64,000 nucleotides of DNA. Origin: Octopus sinensis. Its lineage: Eukaryota. The translations under genes and the position numbers were made by a program. Position 1 is the stretch's first letter, and every line of letters begins with the position of its first letter. The stretch spans positions 53,072,001 through 53,136,000 of the forward strand of contig NC_043015.1 in the NCBI RefSeq assembly GCF_006345805.1. The letters are read 5' to 3'. Shown here one piece after another: positions 1 to 11,756 of this stretch. The notes below the pieces were generated by a model. It worked only from the letters and a program-made list of their open reading frames with translations. It was not told where the DNA came from and did no database searches.

Positions 1-35
1 ATAGGGTTAATTTGTTTTGCGTGGCCGATGTAAAA

Positions 36-251
36 TAGGGATCTTGTTAAATTTCTCGCAACCTCTTGAAGTATTTCAAATTTTCACTTGATTATTTTCA
101 ATACTATGTAGGTTTGCATACTGATGACAAAAACCACATTCAATTTTTTCTAGAAATTGATAATAAAATAGTTACATCAGTGTAAAATATTTGGAAAAAT
201 TTGAAAATTTGAAATCCTTGAAGTGGTTGGAAGAAATCTAACACGACCCTA
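36..251. mobile_element. MITE-like element with ~50-bp imperfect terminal inverted repeats, family unknown
   Basis: tagggatcttgttaaatttctcgcaacctcttgaagtatttcaaattttca is an imperfect reverse complement of tgaaaatttgaaatccttgaagtggttggaagaaatctaacacgacccta. Confidence 0.6.
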
Positions 252-396
252 AAATAATAATCACCATAAAAATGTAGTGTACCTTCTGTGGTCAGCTATC
301 ATAGGTAAGACAATCCTTACTTGATTAAATTAATTTTGAATTTCACCTAAAAGAGTAAAGAAGCAGGTGTACAGAACAATTACCTTTAATATTTCT

Positions 397-812
397 TATT
401 TCTTTATTGCCCACAAGGGGCTAAACATAGATGGGACAAATAAGGACAGACAAATGGATTAAGTCGATTACATCGACCCAGTGCGTAACTGATACTTAAT
501 CTATCGACCCCGAACGGATGAAAGGCAAAGTCGACCTCGGCGGAATTTGAACTCAGAACGTAACGGCAGACAAAATACATATTTCATTACTACCCACAAG
601 GGGCTAAACACAGAGGGGACAAACAAGGATAGACAAATGGATTAAGCCGATTACATCGATCCCAGTGCGTAACTGGTACTTAATTTATCGACCCCGAAAG
701 GATGAAAGGCAAAGTCGACCTTGGCGGAATTTGAACTCAGAACGTAACGGCAGACGAAATACGGCTACGCATTTCGCCCGGCTTGCTAACGTTTCTGCCA
801 GCTCGCCGCCTT
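397..812 (-). mobile_element. SINE family A (tRNA head, Meta-like core, tail type 1): full copy 580-812 plus 5'-truncated tandem copy 397-579
   Basis: Minus strand reads GGCGGCGAGCTGGCAGAAACG, B box GAGTTCAAATTCC, core GCCTTTCATCCTTTCGGGGTCGATAAATTAAGTACCAG, tail GCCCCTTGTGGG(C/T)A(A/G)TAA. Flanked by ttaatatttct at 386-396 and 811-821. Confidence 0.9.
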
Positions 813-861
813 AATATTTCTGCTTTCTGTAAGGTGATGAAATGGCAGAATCGTTAACTTG

Positions 862-1054
862 CCGGAACAGAAAAGAAGGAGGCCCAGGGTTAGATCAAAG
901 ATGAAATGATCAGATGATATCCATAGTTCCAATTGGTCACACTTGAGACTTCATTCGGAAAATATAACGTCAGACTCAATAGGGCTCTGCCCTGTGGACT
1001 CTACTCTCACGACACTCCAAAGAATAGTGGCCAGAGAAAATTGATGGATGGATG
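862..1054 (+). mobile_element. Degenerate 3' end of an RTE-clade LINE
   Basis: Translates as KRRRPRVRSKMK*SDDIHSSNWSHLRL, resembling the RTE C-terminal R-P-R-G-R-P...W-x-D-D-I motif. Ends in a (GATG)n tail. Confidence 0.5.
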
Positions 1055-1668
1055 GTTACATTAAATAGTGTAGTGCACGGTACGCGATGCTTTAAAAAAT
1101 GCACTTGAATTATCATGGCTGGACTGAATATCTGTAATTAGCTGTATTCTCGATGAGTTGATAAACATTTCTGGTCATATTCATTCATCTTGTTCCTTAG
1201 AATGCACAGAGCAAGAAACTGGGACTAGCTATGAAGCGATCTGCTTCGTAAACAGCTGGTTTCGATTTCAGGCCGCTGTAGATCACCTTGGGCCATTGTC
1301 TTTTCCTAGAGACCAAAACCTGACCAAAGCTTTCTGAATGAATTAGGTAGACGCAAACGCTGTTGACACACGTCCTTATGTAGAAATCGATGTGTTCGTC
1401 ACATATGGCAACAGTGATTACATGCATTTGCATTTGCCGTGTTAGTATTTTATCTGTCATTGAGGGATTTGAAAGAAATAAAACCCTTTTAATTGGTTTG
1501 AAAAGAGTAATATGCAGACAATTAAGTGTCCTCAAATACCCCTCGCACTTTCGATATCAACCTCGTCACTTACTATCTGTCTGTTTAACTGCTTCTCACA
1601 CATACTCTGTCCTCTCGCAGGCACTCGCGCTCTCGCTCGCACACACACATACACATTCACACACACAC

Positions 1669-1711
<43 letters not shown>

Positions 1712-1915
1712 GCACATGCACACATTCCCACACACACTCTCTCTCTCTCTTTCTCATTCACGTATATGAATCACTGAGTTACTCCGATTGCCATAAAGCA
1801 AGATCCGCATTAAATATTATTGAAGGCAAAAGAAAAAATTCCAAATCACAATATGTAAATATACTAATTTGATGCTGACAACAACAACAACAACAACAAC
1901 AATAATAATAATAAC

Positions 1916-1958
<43 letters not shown>

Positions 1959-2319
1959 GACAACATCAACTACAGCTACTGCAGCAATTTCAATGGCAAC
2001 AGCAAGAAACAATAACATCAGGAGATGGTATAATTCAAAGAAAGGCGAACCAAGTGCTAAATGGTATTGGTATTTTTGTGCTTTCAGTCTGTGTCCTGAC
2101 GGCTGATGGTCACGTGATGTCAGCTGCGTCCCGCAGCGTTCTCATGATTTATACATGAATGATGCTATCTTTAAAATGGTGGTGGTGATGGTTGTGGTGG
2201 TCGTGGTGGTTGAGGCTGAACGACGGCCAAACTGGACAGATTGCCTATGTTTGGAAGCGACATCAACACGCAGCTTTGATATCGCCGCAATTAAGTCGAA
2301 AATATTAATGAATTCGCCC

Positions 2320-3000
2320 TGACACCGCCACCACCGCTACCGCCAGCACCACCAAACCAGCAGCAGCAGCATCATCATCACCACTAGAGCATCAGACCAC
2401 CGCCACCACAAGACAACAAGACAACTACCACTACCACCACCCCATCAACCACCACCCTATCAACACCACCACCACCACCATCAGCAGCACAAAACCATCA
2501 CCACCACCACCACTGCAAGACGACCACCGTCACCACCAGACCACCAGACTACTACCACCACTGTTAGCACAAAACTACCACCACAATCACTGCTAGACCA
2601 CCAGACGATCGCCACCACAAGACCACAATACTACCACCAGCACCACCACCACCATCGCCACCCCATCAACCACCACCCTATCAACACCACCACCAGCACC
2701 AACATCACAACAAAACCACCACCACCACCACCACAATCACCACAAGACCAACATCACCACCACCTCCGCTTCCACTACCGCTCCCTTACAATACAGACGA
2801 CACCGTTTTCCTTGGTCAGTCTTCATGATTATCGCCAGAAGTAGCACCACCACCACCACAAACATTATCACCCATACCATCTACTAAACACCAACGCCAT
2901 CAAAGCAACGACAATAATAATGGGGACGCCATCATCACAGCTGGTGCCGCGGTCAATGTTGGTGTCACAGACATAAACACCAACACCCAGCAGCCATTAC

Positions 3001-3036
<36 letters not shown>

Positions 3037-3190
3037 CACCACCACCACCACACCACTATTACAACTGATGATGATGATGATGATGTGGTTGATGATGGGG
3101 ATGATGACGATGCAGTGATGACGAATACGATGATGATGATGGTGGTGGTGTAGGTGGTGGCGGCGGTTGTGGTGGTGGTAGTGATGACGA
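2320..3190. repeat. ACC/CAC-rich low-complexity trinucleotide tract
   Basis: Degenerate (ACC)n, (TAC)n, (GAT)n and (GGT)n runs. Confidence 0.85.
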
Positions 3191-3272
3191 TTTCTAAATT
3201 GAGCACAATGCCATTCATTTTTTTGGAAATGGATGTTGGCCAGCTCATCTGCCAGTCCATGTATGGCAGTTG

Positions 3273-3457
3273 TTGGATCCTTTCAATCTGGTAGCCAAGT
3301 CAATTAATTATTTTCCTTTAACGAAACGCTTTCAAACTTCGGATATTGGTAGAATGTGTCATACAGAACATTTTTTACTCTTAGCGTTGTTGTCAAAAGT
3401 TTCTATCTTACAAATAATTAATTAATCGACTCGTCTACCAGATTGAAAATTATCCAG
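3273..3457. mobile_element. MITE-like element with ~40-bp imperfect TIRs
   Basis: ttggatcctttcaatctggtagccaagtcaattaattat pairs with ataattaattaatcgactcgtctaccagattgaaaattatccag. Confidence 0.6.
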
Positions 3458-4693
3458 TTGTTTTATCGAATCCTCACCTCTTAGTGGTACCCGTCGGGAT
3501 TTGAACTCAGAAGTTAAACGGCTGTAAGTTTTAAATGTCACAATGCATTTATTTCATTGTGCGAACCATTCTACCATCCACACATATACATTGGTTTCTG
3601 AAATTGGTTATGGTCGGATATATCGATTACATCTATTCCAATACTTAACTGGATGTACGTATTTTATCGATTTATCAAAGATGAAAGGCACAGTGGATTT
3701 TTACCGGGATTTGAACTTACGTTATGGCTGTTTGGTTATGTATAGAAAAAAAACCTAACTAGATACCACAAAACAAGTTTTGTTCGTCGACACTCCACCG
3801 ATTTCAGACAGTGGATTGGCCAGCCGAATCGTTAGAGCACTGGATAAAATGAAAATGCATGCTGTATTTTAAGACAGAGCCATTTAAGTTTTGAGTTCAA
3901 ATCACACGAAGGTCAAACCTTACCTTTCATCCTCGCTGGGTTGATATAAACAAACGTACCAGAGAAGTACTGGTGCCATTTCAATATTCCATTCTACAAA
4001 GCATCCTAAGATGTGAATGGAATTATGTAATAATAGAAAACCAAAAGTAAGAACCTGACACTTGATAATAATAATAATAATAATAATAATAAATGTTATA
4101 ATAGTAATAATAGTAATAATAATAGTAATAATAATGGCTTTACTTTCTAAGAGCGATCGTGTTACCTCGCCATCTTAGGAGTGAAAGCAATCCTAATAGC
4201 GCAAGGGTAAGAGGTGAGGATATTTGTGTCCAGAAAATGATGCGTTTGAGGTTAAGGGTTTCGTGTTCATAGAGATGAACATAGACGTATAAAACGTAGA
4301 GAGAGAGTGGAGAACATTTAAGATCAAAGACGACCAGTACAGAAAGGAAATATATAAACTCATACAATACCAATCTCTTACTTCGTTCCATTCATCTATG
4401 TAACTGTCCGCCTGTCCGTCTGTCTGTCTGTCTATGCTTTTGTGAACGTGTCTGTATGTATATCTATCCCTTAATATTCATCTATGTGTGCATGCATCTA
4501 TTGCATATATCTATGTATCTGTCTGTCTTTACTTCTATATATGTATGTGCATATGCATCTATCAATCTCTAATTTATCTGTGTGAGTGTGTGTGTGTGTG
4601 TGTGTATGTATGTATATACTTGTATCTATGGATCTATCTATTTAATTGTCTTTCTGTCTTTTCATCTATTTATTCATCTCTCTATGGTGTGTG

Positions 4694-4737
<44 letters not shown>

Positions 4738-4778
4738 GGTGTTTATCTGGCCGGTCGGTCTTTCTCTCTCTCTCTCTG

Positions 4779-4825
<47 letters not shown>

Positions 4826-5249
4826 TTATCTATCTATCTACATGTCTGTCTGTCAGCCTGTCTGTTTATCTATCCACCTACATATCTCTCTCTGTGTATC
4901 TATCTTTCTATCTACCTGCTCCCTCTATCTCTTCCTCACTCAGTCTCCTCGTTCTTATTTATATATCAAAGCAAAACCACCATCAACAGAATAAGAACTA
5001 AAAGCCGTGAAATAGACCGAAATATTTATTTATTTACAAATTTACTAAGGTGACACCGACATCGAAGTTTTGGCAAAGTAGGCTTTTTCAAACTCTACTT
5101 GAAAAAGCTTTGTCTTCCCGTCAGTGAGATCGAATCGAAACCAGGAACCACCAGAATTTTTAAACCGAACTTCTTAACCAGATAGCTACTGTTTATTTTT
5201 TCATAACTCAGAGGAAAATCAAATCGATCTCACTGAAACACATACATCC

Positions 5250-5312
<63 letters not shown>

Positions 5313-5451
5313 CCAAAGAGACGCACACACATATTTAGACACACCTGACTTGAACCGAGCGACAAAAAGAACTTGCTTTTGTCGCCCCCAAAATGATAAG
5401 CTTGCCTCGGCGGTATTTGAACTCTGAGCACCGGGTATCACCTACAAAAAT

Positions 5452-5760
5452 CGCCCTTTCGACCAGTTTCTCGATGACAAGCGCCAACCTCTCGGCTAAC
5501 GCCTTGGCCCAAATCTTCAAGTCTGCGTTGAGCAGAGTGATGGGCCTGAAGTTATCTATGACGTTCTCCTTGTTTGGATCTTTCTTAAGCAGTATCACCG
5601 CTTCTCGCTTTACAAAGACGCGGATACTCCCGTTTTGCTGCCAGTTGTAGTAGAGAGCTGCCAAGACGCCCCCCAGACAAGTCTGACATATGACAATAGA
5701 GTTCGTAGGGCAGTCCGTCCAAGCCTGGCGACTTGTCTCCCGCGCGGCCTGCCATTGCAC
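5452..5760 (-). mobile_element. Tx1/L1-clade LINE ORF2 fragment (start of RT domain), frameshifted
   Basis: Minus-strand translation DKSPGLDGLPYELY, then after a frameshift ILLKKDPNKENVIDNFRPITLLNADLKIWAKALAERL. These are typical L1/Tx1 RT motifs. Confidence 0.9.
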
Positions 5761-5769
5761 CCCGTACTG

Positions 5770-6084
5770 ATCATGGGATTGCACTTTGAAAGTTATCCTC
5801 CCAGGCACAAGTCCGGGCAAGGTTGTTTGTTGAAGACCAGCAGTCGCCCATGCATACCAGCCTCCCCTCTCCACGCCACTAGTGTTATCCAAGGGAAAGG
5901 CAAAGGGGCCGATACAGCTTGGCACCTGTGACGTTGCAACTCATTTCTACTGATGAGTGAACTGGAGCAACGTGAAATAAAGTGTCTTGCTCAAGAGCGC
6001 AACACGCAGCCCGGTCCGGGAATCAAACTCACAATCTCACGATCGTAAGCTCGTCGCTATAACCACTGAGCCATGTACCTTCAC
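5770..6084 (-). mobile_element. SINE family C (tRNA head plus CORE-like domain; resembles octopus OR-type SINEs)
   Basis: Minus strand: A box TGGCTCAGTGG, B box GAGTTTGATTCCC, then CTTGAGCAAGACACTTTATTTCACGTTGCTCCAG. The 5' part is shared with the copy at 62805-63122. Confidence 0.8.
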
Positions 6085-6112
6085 TACATACATACATACA
6101 TACATACATACA

Positions 6113-6143
<31 letters not shown>

Positions 6144-6235
6144 TAATCAATATAGGGTAGCAAAAAATTCAATAGAAATTTTTTCGCCACCAGCGGTCTA
6201 GTGAGAAAAAGAAAATAGTCAGAGACTATATATAA

Positions 6236-6476
6236 ATTCAACAATAATTGAGGAACGGCCTCAATAGGCCATTCGACCCACTAGAAAGAGCAACCAGGAC
6301 TCAAACCGCCAATTAGTAGTAATTCAGAAATTAAAGGAAAATTTAAAAATAGGGTAAATGTTTTTTAATTTTCCTTTAATTTCTGAATTACTTACTAATT
6401 GGCGGTTTGAGTCCTGGCTGCTCTTTCTAGTGGGTCGACTGGCCTATTGAGGCCGTTCCTCAATTATTGTTGAATA
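6236..6476. repeat. Near-perfect fold-back palindrome, arms ~110 bp
   Basis: attcaacaataattgaggaacggcc...aaaggaaaatttaaaaa is mirrored by ttttttaattttcctt...ggccgttcctcaattattgttgaat around a ~12-nt spacer. Confidence 0.95.
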
Positions 6477-7265
6477 CATACATATATTATATATATATAT
6501 GTATACAGAGAGCGAGAGAGATAGGTAGATATAGATAGATAGATAGATAGATGTGTGTGTGTATGTGTGTGTCTGTGTGTGTGTTTTGTGTACATCACTT
6601 TCCCTTCGTCACTCATCCCTACACAACACACGTGCATTCCGCATCACACACACCATATTCTCGCAATACGCGCGCACATTCTTCCCCCGTACACTCAGAC
6701 AATTCACAAGACTTCGGCTCTGACAGATTACCTAGCAACATTTGTTCTGTCTTACTATGTACACAATTGCAGAAAGACTTGTCGCCTACGTTTCCCAACG
6801 TCACGTGATCAGATATGTCTCTATGATTTATCTGATATGTCATAATTGTTTTGATATCCAATTACCTTCTTTCATACATGCATTTTATCGAATGGCTAAT
6901 GCAATATTTGTTAGCATATATCATCATGGTTTCTAATGGACATATATATATACTGGTGTGTGAGGTTAGATTTTTGGGTTGTTTTTTTGTTTGTTTGTTT
7001 TTGTTCTTTCTAGCTTTCGCCTTTCTCTTTCTCGCTTTCTTTTCTCTTTCATGTGTGCATAAGAGATTCGTGAACATGTAAGATATATGTATGGTGTGTG
7101 TGTGTGTGTGTGGTGTGTGTGTGTGTGTGTATGTATATATCTGTGTGTGCATAATATATACTATGTACATATAAAATTGTGCAGATATAAACTCATGTGC
7201 GCACAAATGTATGCACATATATATATATATACATATATACATACATATATATATATATATAATTA

Positions 7266-7343
<78 letters not shown>

Positions 7344-7740
7344 TGTGTGTGTGGGTGTGTGTGTGTGTGTGTATTTATATGCGCGCACATATGTATACAA
7401 ACGTGTTTATATATTTATATAGGTGTATCTCTCTCTCTCTCTCTCTCTCTTCTCTCTATATATATATATATATATATATACGTGCATACGTGTACATACA
7501 CACATATATACACACATATGTATGCTTACCAATTAAGACATAACGCGCGCGCGCGCACACAGAGAAGTAGATGGGAACCGTTTACTTATGTCACTGCTGT
7601 GATTCGCGGTTGTTCGACTGTTTGTTCTGTGAGATGAATGATGGTTACAACAAATTTTATTAACTAAATCGATTAATGACGTCATTCAATGATGCCATAT
7701 ACGAAAATAACAACAACAAAAAAATACCTAGATGATGATG

Positions 7741-7816
<76 letters not shown>

Positions 7817-7820
7817 TAAT

Positions 7821-8055
7821 TCTTTTTTATTGGCCACAAGGGCTGACACGCATGATTACATAAAGGGACAAGACAGGACGAAAGGTTACAAAGGGTTTTG
7901 AAAAACATCGAGTAAAAACTTTATAACAATAATTATAAAACAATGAAAAACTCCCAAAAGGGGGAGACGTTTCGAAAGGTTCCTGGTGGAAAAAACCCTA
8001 CAAAAGCCAACGGGAGCCTGGTCAAAAAAGGGGTGTAGAGAGTCCCTTTTTTCTC
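7821..8055 (-). mobile_element. 3' UTR and terminus of a probable Tx1-type LINE with (TTA)n tail
   Basis: Minus strand ends GCCCTTGTGGCCAATAAAAAAGAA followed by (TTA)n. The same terminal motif ends the Tx1 copies at 31251 and 33108. Confidence 0.6.
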
Positions 8056-8852
8056 CTTTTACATTACCTTTTTGAAATTACAGGCGAAACCTGTATAATA
8101 ATAATAATAATAATAATAATGATAATAATGATAATAATGATAAGGATTTCTGACGTTAAAATTTTAAAATTATGTAATATTTATATATTTATTAAAATTT
8201 ATAAATTAATTAATTAAATGATATTTGTTTTCCTGTGATAAATTTCTAAAATCAAACAAAGCGAAGAGAACTGTACTTTTAAGGGAGTGAATAATTTAAA
8301 CTGGGTAACTGCGAGTTGGAGATTTCAATCCCTGGATTCATATGGTTTTTAATAGCTATCTGTATACCTAACTTAACGTGGATATACTGTAGAAAGCCGC
8401 CAAACTTCCGTATTCGTTTTGAGAAAGCATCTGGTATAGATATGTAGTACTAAAAAGCTCACAAGTTTTTGAGTAGCAGACGAAAAGCATCTAGAAGCGG
8501 CGGTGGTTTATTACTTTCTGGTTCTATATAGTTTTGATAATGTAGCATAGTGCACCGCAACCTTTTTTCACTGATGGTACACTTACAGTAATCTCTCGAC
8601 TATCGCAGGTGTTACATTCCAAAACCCTCCCGTGATAGGTGGAAATCCGCGAAGTAGAGGCAGTACTATGCACATATCGTCAGCCACTAAGGGACATGCT
8701 CAACTGGTTAATGTCAAACAACTGACAAGTAAATCTGTGGTATTGAGCAAAATATTTGCTGTAGCCCATCTTTTATACCAAGACGAAACAATGGACAGGA
8801 TAAGATTTCCAATCATTTAAGATCAGGAGCTACGAGAGCCACTGCCTGGTAC

Positions 8853-9020
8853 TAAGGCAAAGTCGTTAGACGCCGGTCAAAATGCTTAGCAGTATTTCGT
8901 CCGTCCTTACGTTCCGAGTTCCAATTTCGCCGATGTCGATATCGCCTTTCTTCCTTTTGGAGTCTGTAAAATAAACACCAGTTGAGCTTTGAGGTCATTG
9001 TAATCGACTTACCTCCTCCC
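8853..9020 (+). mobile_element. SINE family A, degenerate
   Basis: gttagacgccggtcaaaatgcttagcagtatttcgtcc...gagttccaatttcgccg...gcctttcttccttttggagtc. Confidence 0.75.
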
Positions 9021-9623
9021 TCGAAATGTAAATCCGGAAGAAATGCCGCTAAACATTTGTCCGGCTTATAAACGATTCTGGCAACTCACCGCCTTATCCA
9101 AGCATTATAAGAATAAGGCAAAATGGCAAAATCCATTGTTAGAGCATTGGACAAAATATCTTGGGGTATATGAACCTACTTATTTCAAATACCCCATTTC
9201 CCGGATATGGGAACGAGATAATCAACCTCTCTATCCTAATTTGCAAACTAAAAAAAAATAGGGACTTGTGCGTTTGTTAGAAATCCTTATTTTTAGAATC
9301 AAATAAAAGAAACAGACACAGACATTTAATTAAACCAATCATAAGATTGACACGTTCATGGGATGTTACCGTTGTCATGCCAACAATGTTTATGAGTCTC
9401 GTTTTTTTTTAATGTTTTGATTTATTTTATTCTTGTTTTTGTTTTATTTGGTTTTGCTTCTTGGTCGTGGTTGATAGATTTAACATTATGAGAAGGAAAC
9501 ATGAGTGGAGTTGTTCAGTGATCTTTGCTAAATTATTTTCTTTAAATATCCATAAGCTCCTTGAAAGAACAGCGTGACTGGGTCTGTCTGTCTGTCTGTT
9601 TCTGCCTCCCCATCTCTCTCGCA

Positions 9624-9684
<61 letters not shown>

Positions 9685-9704
9685 TGTGTGTGTTGTGTGT
9701 GTGT

Positions 9705-9745
<41 letters not shown>

Positions 9746-9959
9746 GTATATATTATAATGGAATAATTACTATGAAGCATTGTGTAGACACACGTACATC
9801 GGCAACATTGGTTAATTTCTTGAAAATGGGTTCATAACCCCGAAATATTGAATATAAGGTAAGTCTACATTAATTTATATATTTGTTTTCTTGTGATTTA
9901 CCTTGCATTTAGTTTGCATTGTTTTGGCCTTACGCACGATCCTTTATACAACATACATA

Positions 9960-10026
<67 letters not shown>

Positions 10027-10047
10027 TGTGTGCATGTTGTGTATATA

Positions 10048-10217
10048 CAGTAATCCCACAGAAATAATTAAAATCTAAAAAGATATGAATACCAATCGGC
10101 CGCAGAAATCTGCGATATACTAAGGAATACACCATATAAATTTACATATATTAGCCAGAAAAATCCGCGACGTACTGAGTACGCGATAAGTGAACCGCGA
10201 TATGGCAAAAGATTACT
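10048..10217. mobile_element. Tc1/mariner (Tigger/pogo-like) MITE; related end fragment at ~8588-8660
   Basis: TA|CAGTAATCCC at the left end, ...ccgcgatatggcaaaagattact at the right end. Confidence 0.55.
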
Positions 10218-10438
10218 TATTTCGTTATTGCCCACAAGGGGCTAAACATAGAGGGAAAAAAAAACACAGACGAAGGGATTAAGTCGATTACATCGACTCC
10301 AGTGCGTAACTGGTACTTATTTAATCGACCCCGAAAGGATGAAAAGCAAAGTCGACCTCGGCGGAATTTGAACTCAGAACGTAGCGGCAGACGAAATACC
10401 ACTATGTATTTCGCCGGCGTGCTAACGTGTCTGCCAGC
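10218..10438 (-). mobile_element. SINE family A, tail type 1
   Basis: Same head, core and tail as 580-812. Confidence 0.9.
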
Positions 10439-10609
10439 TGTTAGTGAATTGGTTACTTGTTTCTTTGGAATTAATGAGAACCCAATACGTTTCGAAAATC
10501 AATTGAGCTTGTTCATCAATGTTTTCAGTCTGCGGAAAAATAGTTAAATCCCCATGTTCGTGTGTCATTAGTTTACACGCGCACGCTTACAGAACATCAT
10601 ATATACTCC

Positions 10610-10819
10610 TTTCTAGTATAGGCACAAGGCCTGAAATGTGGGGGAGAGGGAAAGTCGATTACATCGACACCAATGCGTGACTAGTATTTAATTTATCGAC
10701 CCTGAAGGGATGAAAGGCAAAGTCGACGTCAGTAGAATTTGAACTCAGAACGTAGCGACGGGCGAAATACCGCTAAGTATTTTGTCCAGCGAGCTAACGA
10801 TTCTGCCAGCTCACCGTCC
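10610..10819 (-). mobile_element. SINE family A, tail type 2
   Basis: Same head and core, but the tail is CCCCCACATTTCAGGCCTTGTGCCTATACTAGAAAG. Further tail-2 or degenerate copies at about 14228-14390, 27450-27960, 28165-28320, 37150-37345, 42285-42465, 43535-43690, 49055-49255, 53280-53470 and 58905-59030. Confidence 0.88.
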
Positions 10820-10859
10820 TAAAGCAACGTATATACTGTACGCACGCGCTCGCACACAC

Positions 10860-10893
<34 letters not shown>

Positions 10894-10921
10894 CACACAC
10901 ACACATGTGATAGTATGTATT

Positions 10922-11107
10922 AAGGTGTTCCAGTTGATCCGATCAACAGAACAGCTTGCACGTGAAATTAACGTGCATGTGGCTGAGCACTCCACAGACA
11001 CACATGTACCTTAACGTAGTTCTCAGGCAGATTTAGCGTGGCAAAGCTGGCCTTTTGAAATACAGGTACTACTCATTTTCACCACCTGTGTGGACTGCAG
11101 CAACGTG
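10922..11107 (-). mobile_element. SINE family C internal/3' fragment
   Basis: Matches 62830-63015 (ttccagttgatccgatcaac...ggctgagcactccacaga...actcatttt). Confidence 0.75.
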
Positions 11108-11132
11108 TACGTACATATATTTCTATGGCTAC

Positions 11133-11199
<67 letters not shown>

Positions 11200-11249
11200 T
11201 CTACCTATGTACACACTGATTCATATACACACGCATATATGTTGAACCA

Positions 11250-11410
11250 CTGAATTCAACACGGTTTTTTTGTCTCTCTGTTTATGTCCTCTTATTCCTT
11301 TCTGTCAAATAGCTTAGGCGTGAAGCATAAAAGAGACTCTACCATTTTTCCCGAGCATCAAACTAATGCACTTGCTTGTTGTTCGTCTTTGTTTTTCTAT
11401 AGATTTGAAC

Positions 11411-11412
<2 letters not shown>
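11250..11412 (+). repeat. Degenerate copy of the hammerhead-bearing short repeat seen at 63452-63625
   Basis: cctttctgtcaaatagcttaggcgtgaagcataaaagagact...ttcccgagcatcaaactaat aligns with CCTTTCTGTTGAAGAGCGTAGGCTCGAAACGTAAAAGACC...CCCGAGCGTTAAACTAAT. The ribozyme core is decayed. Confidence 0.6.
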
Positions 11413-11446
<34 letters not shown>

Positions 11447-11481
11447 TATGTATGTATAAATATATACTTATAAGTATAAAT

Positions 11482-11516
<35 letters not shown>

Positions 11517-11756
11517 CACACACACACTATATATATATACATGCCATACATATATATATATATATATATATATAAAGGGAAAGTTTACGAAAATAAACAA
11601 AAGACGAAGGCATGTGCTGTACAAACAAACGGCGTTGCCCCAGCATGGCCACAGCTCGTGAGCTGCTGAAACTAGATGAAATGAAAAGTATATATATAAT
11701 GGAGAAATTGTACATTATTTCTATGTTTTTAATAATGTTTTATATATATATATATA

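Noticed and set aside
5335-5925. 196-aa ORF as a gene
   Set aside because: Chance read-through across SINE C, a frameshifted Tx1 RT fragment and a SINE A fragment.
6395-6445. HDV-like ribozyme 3' half (GG, hairpin, CGAA/CGAC-TGGCC)
   Set aside because: No matching P1, P2 or P3 partners or L3 CC found upstream.
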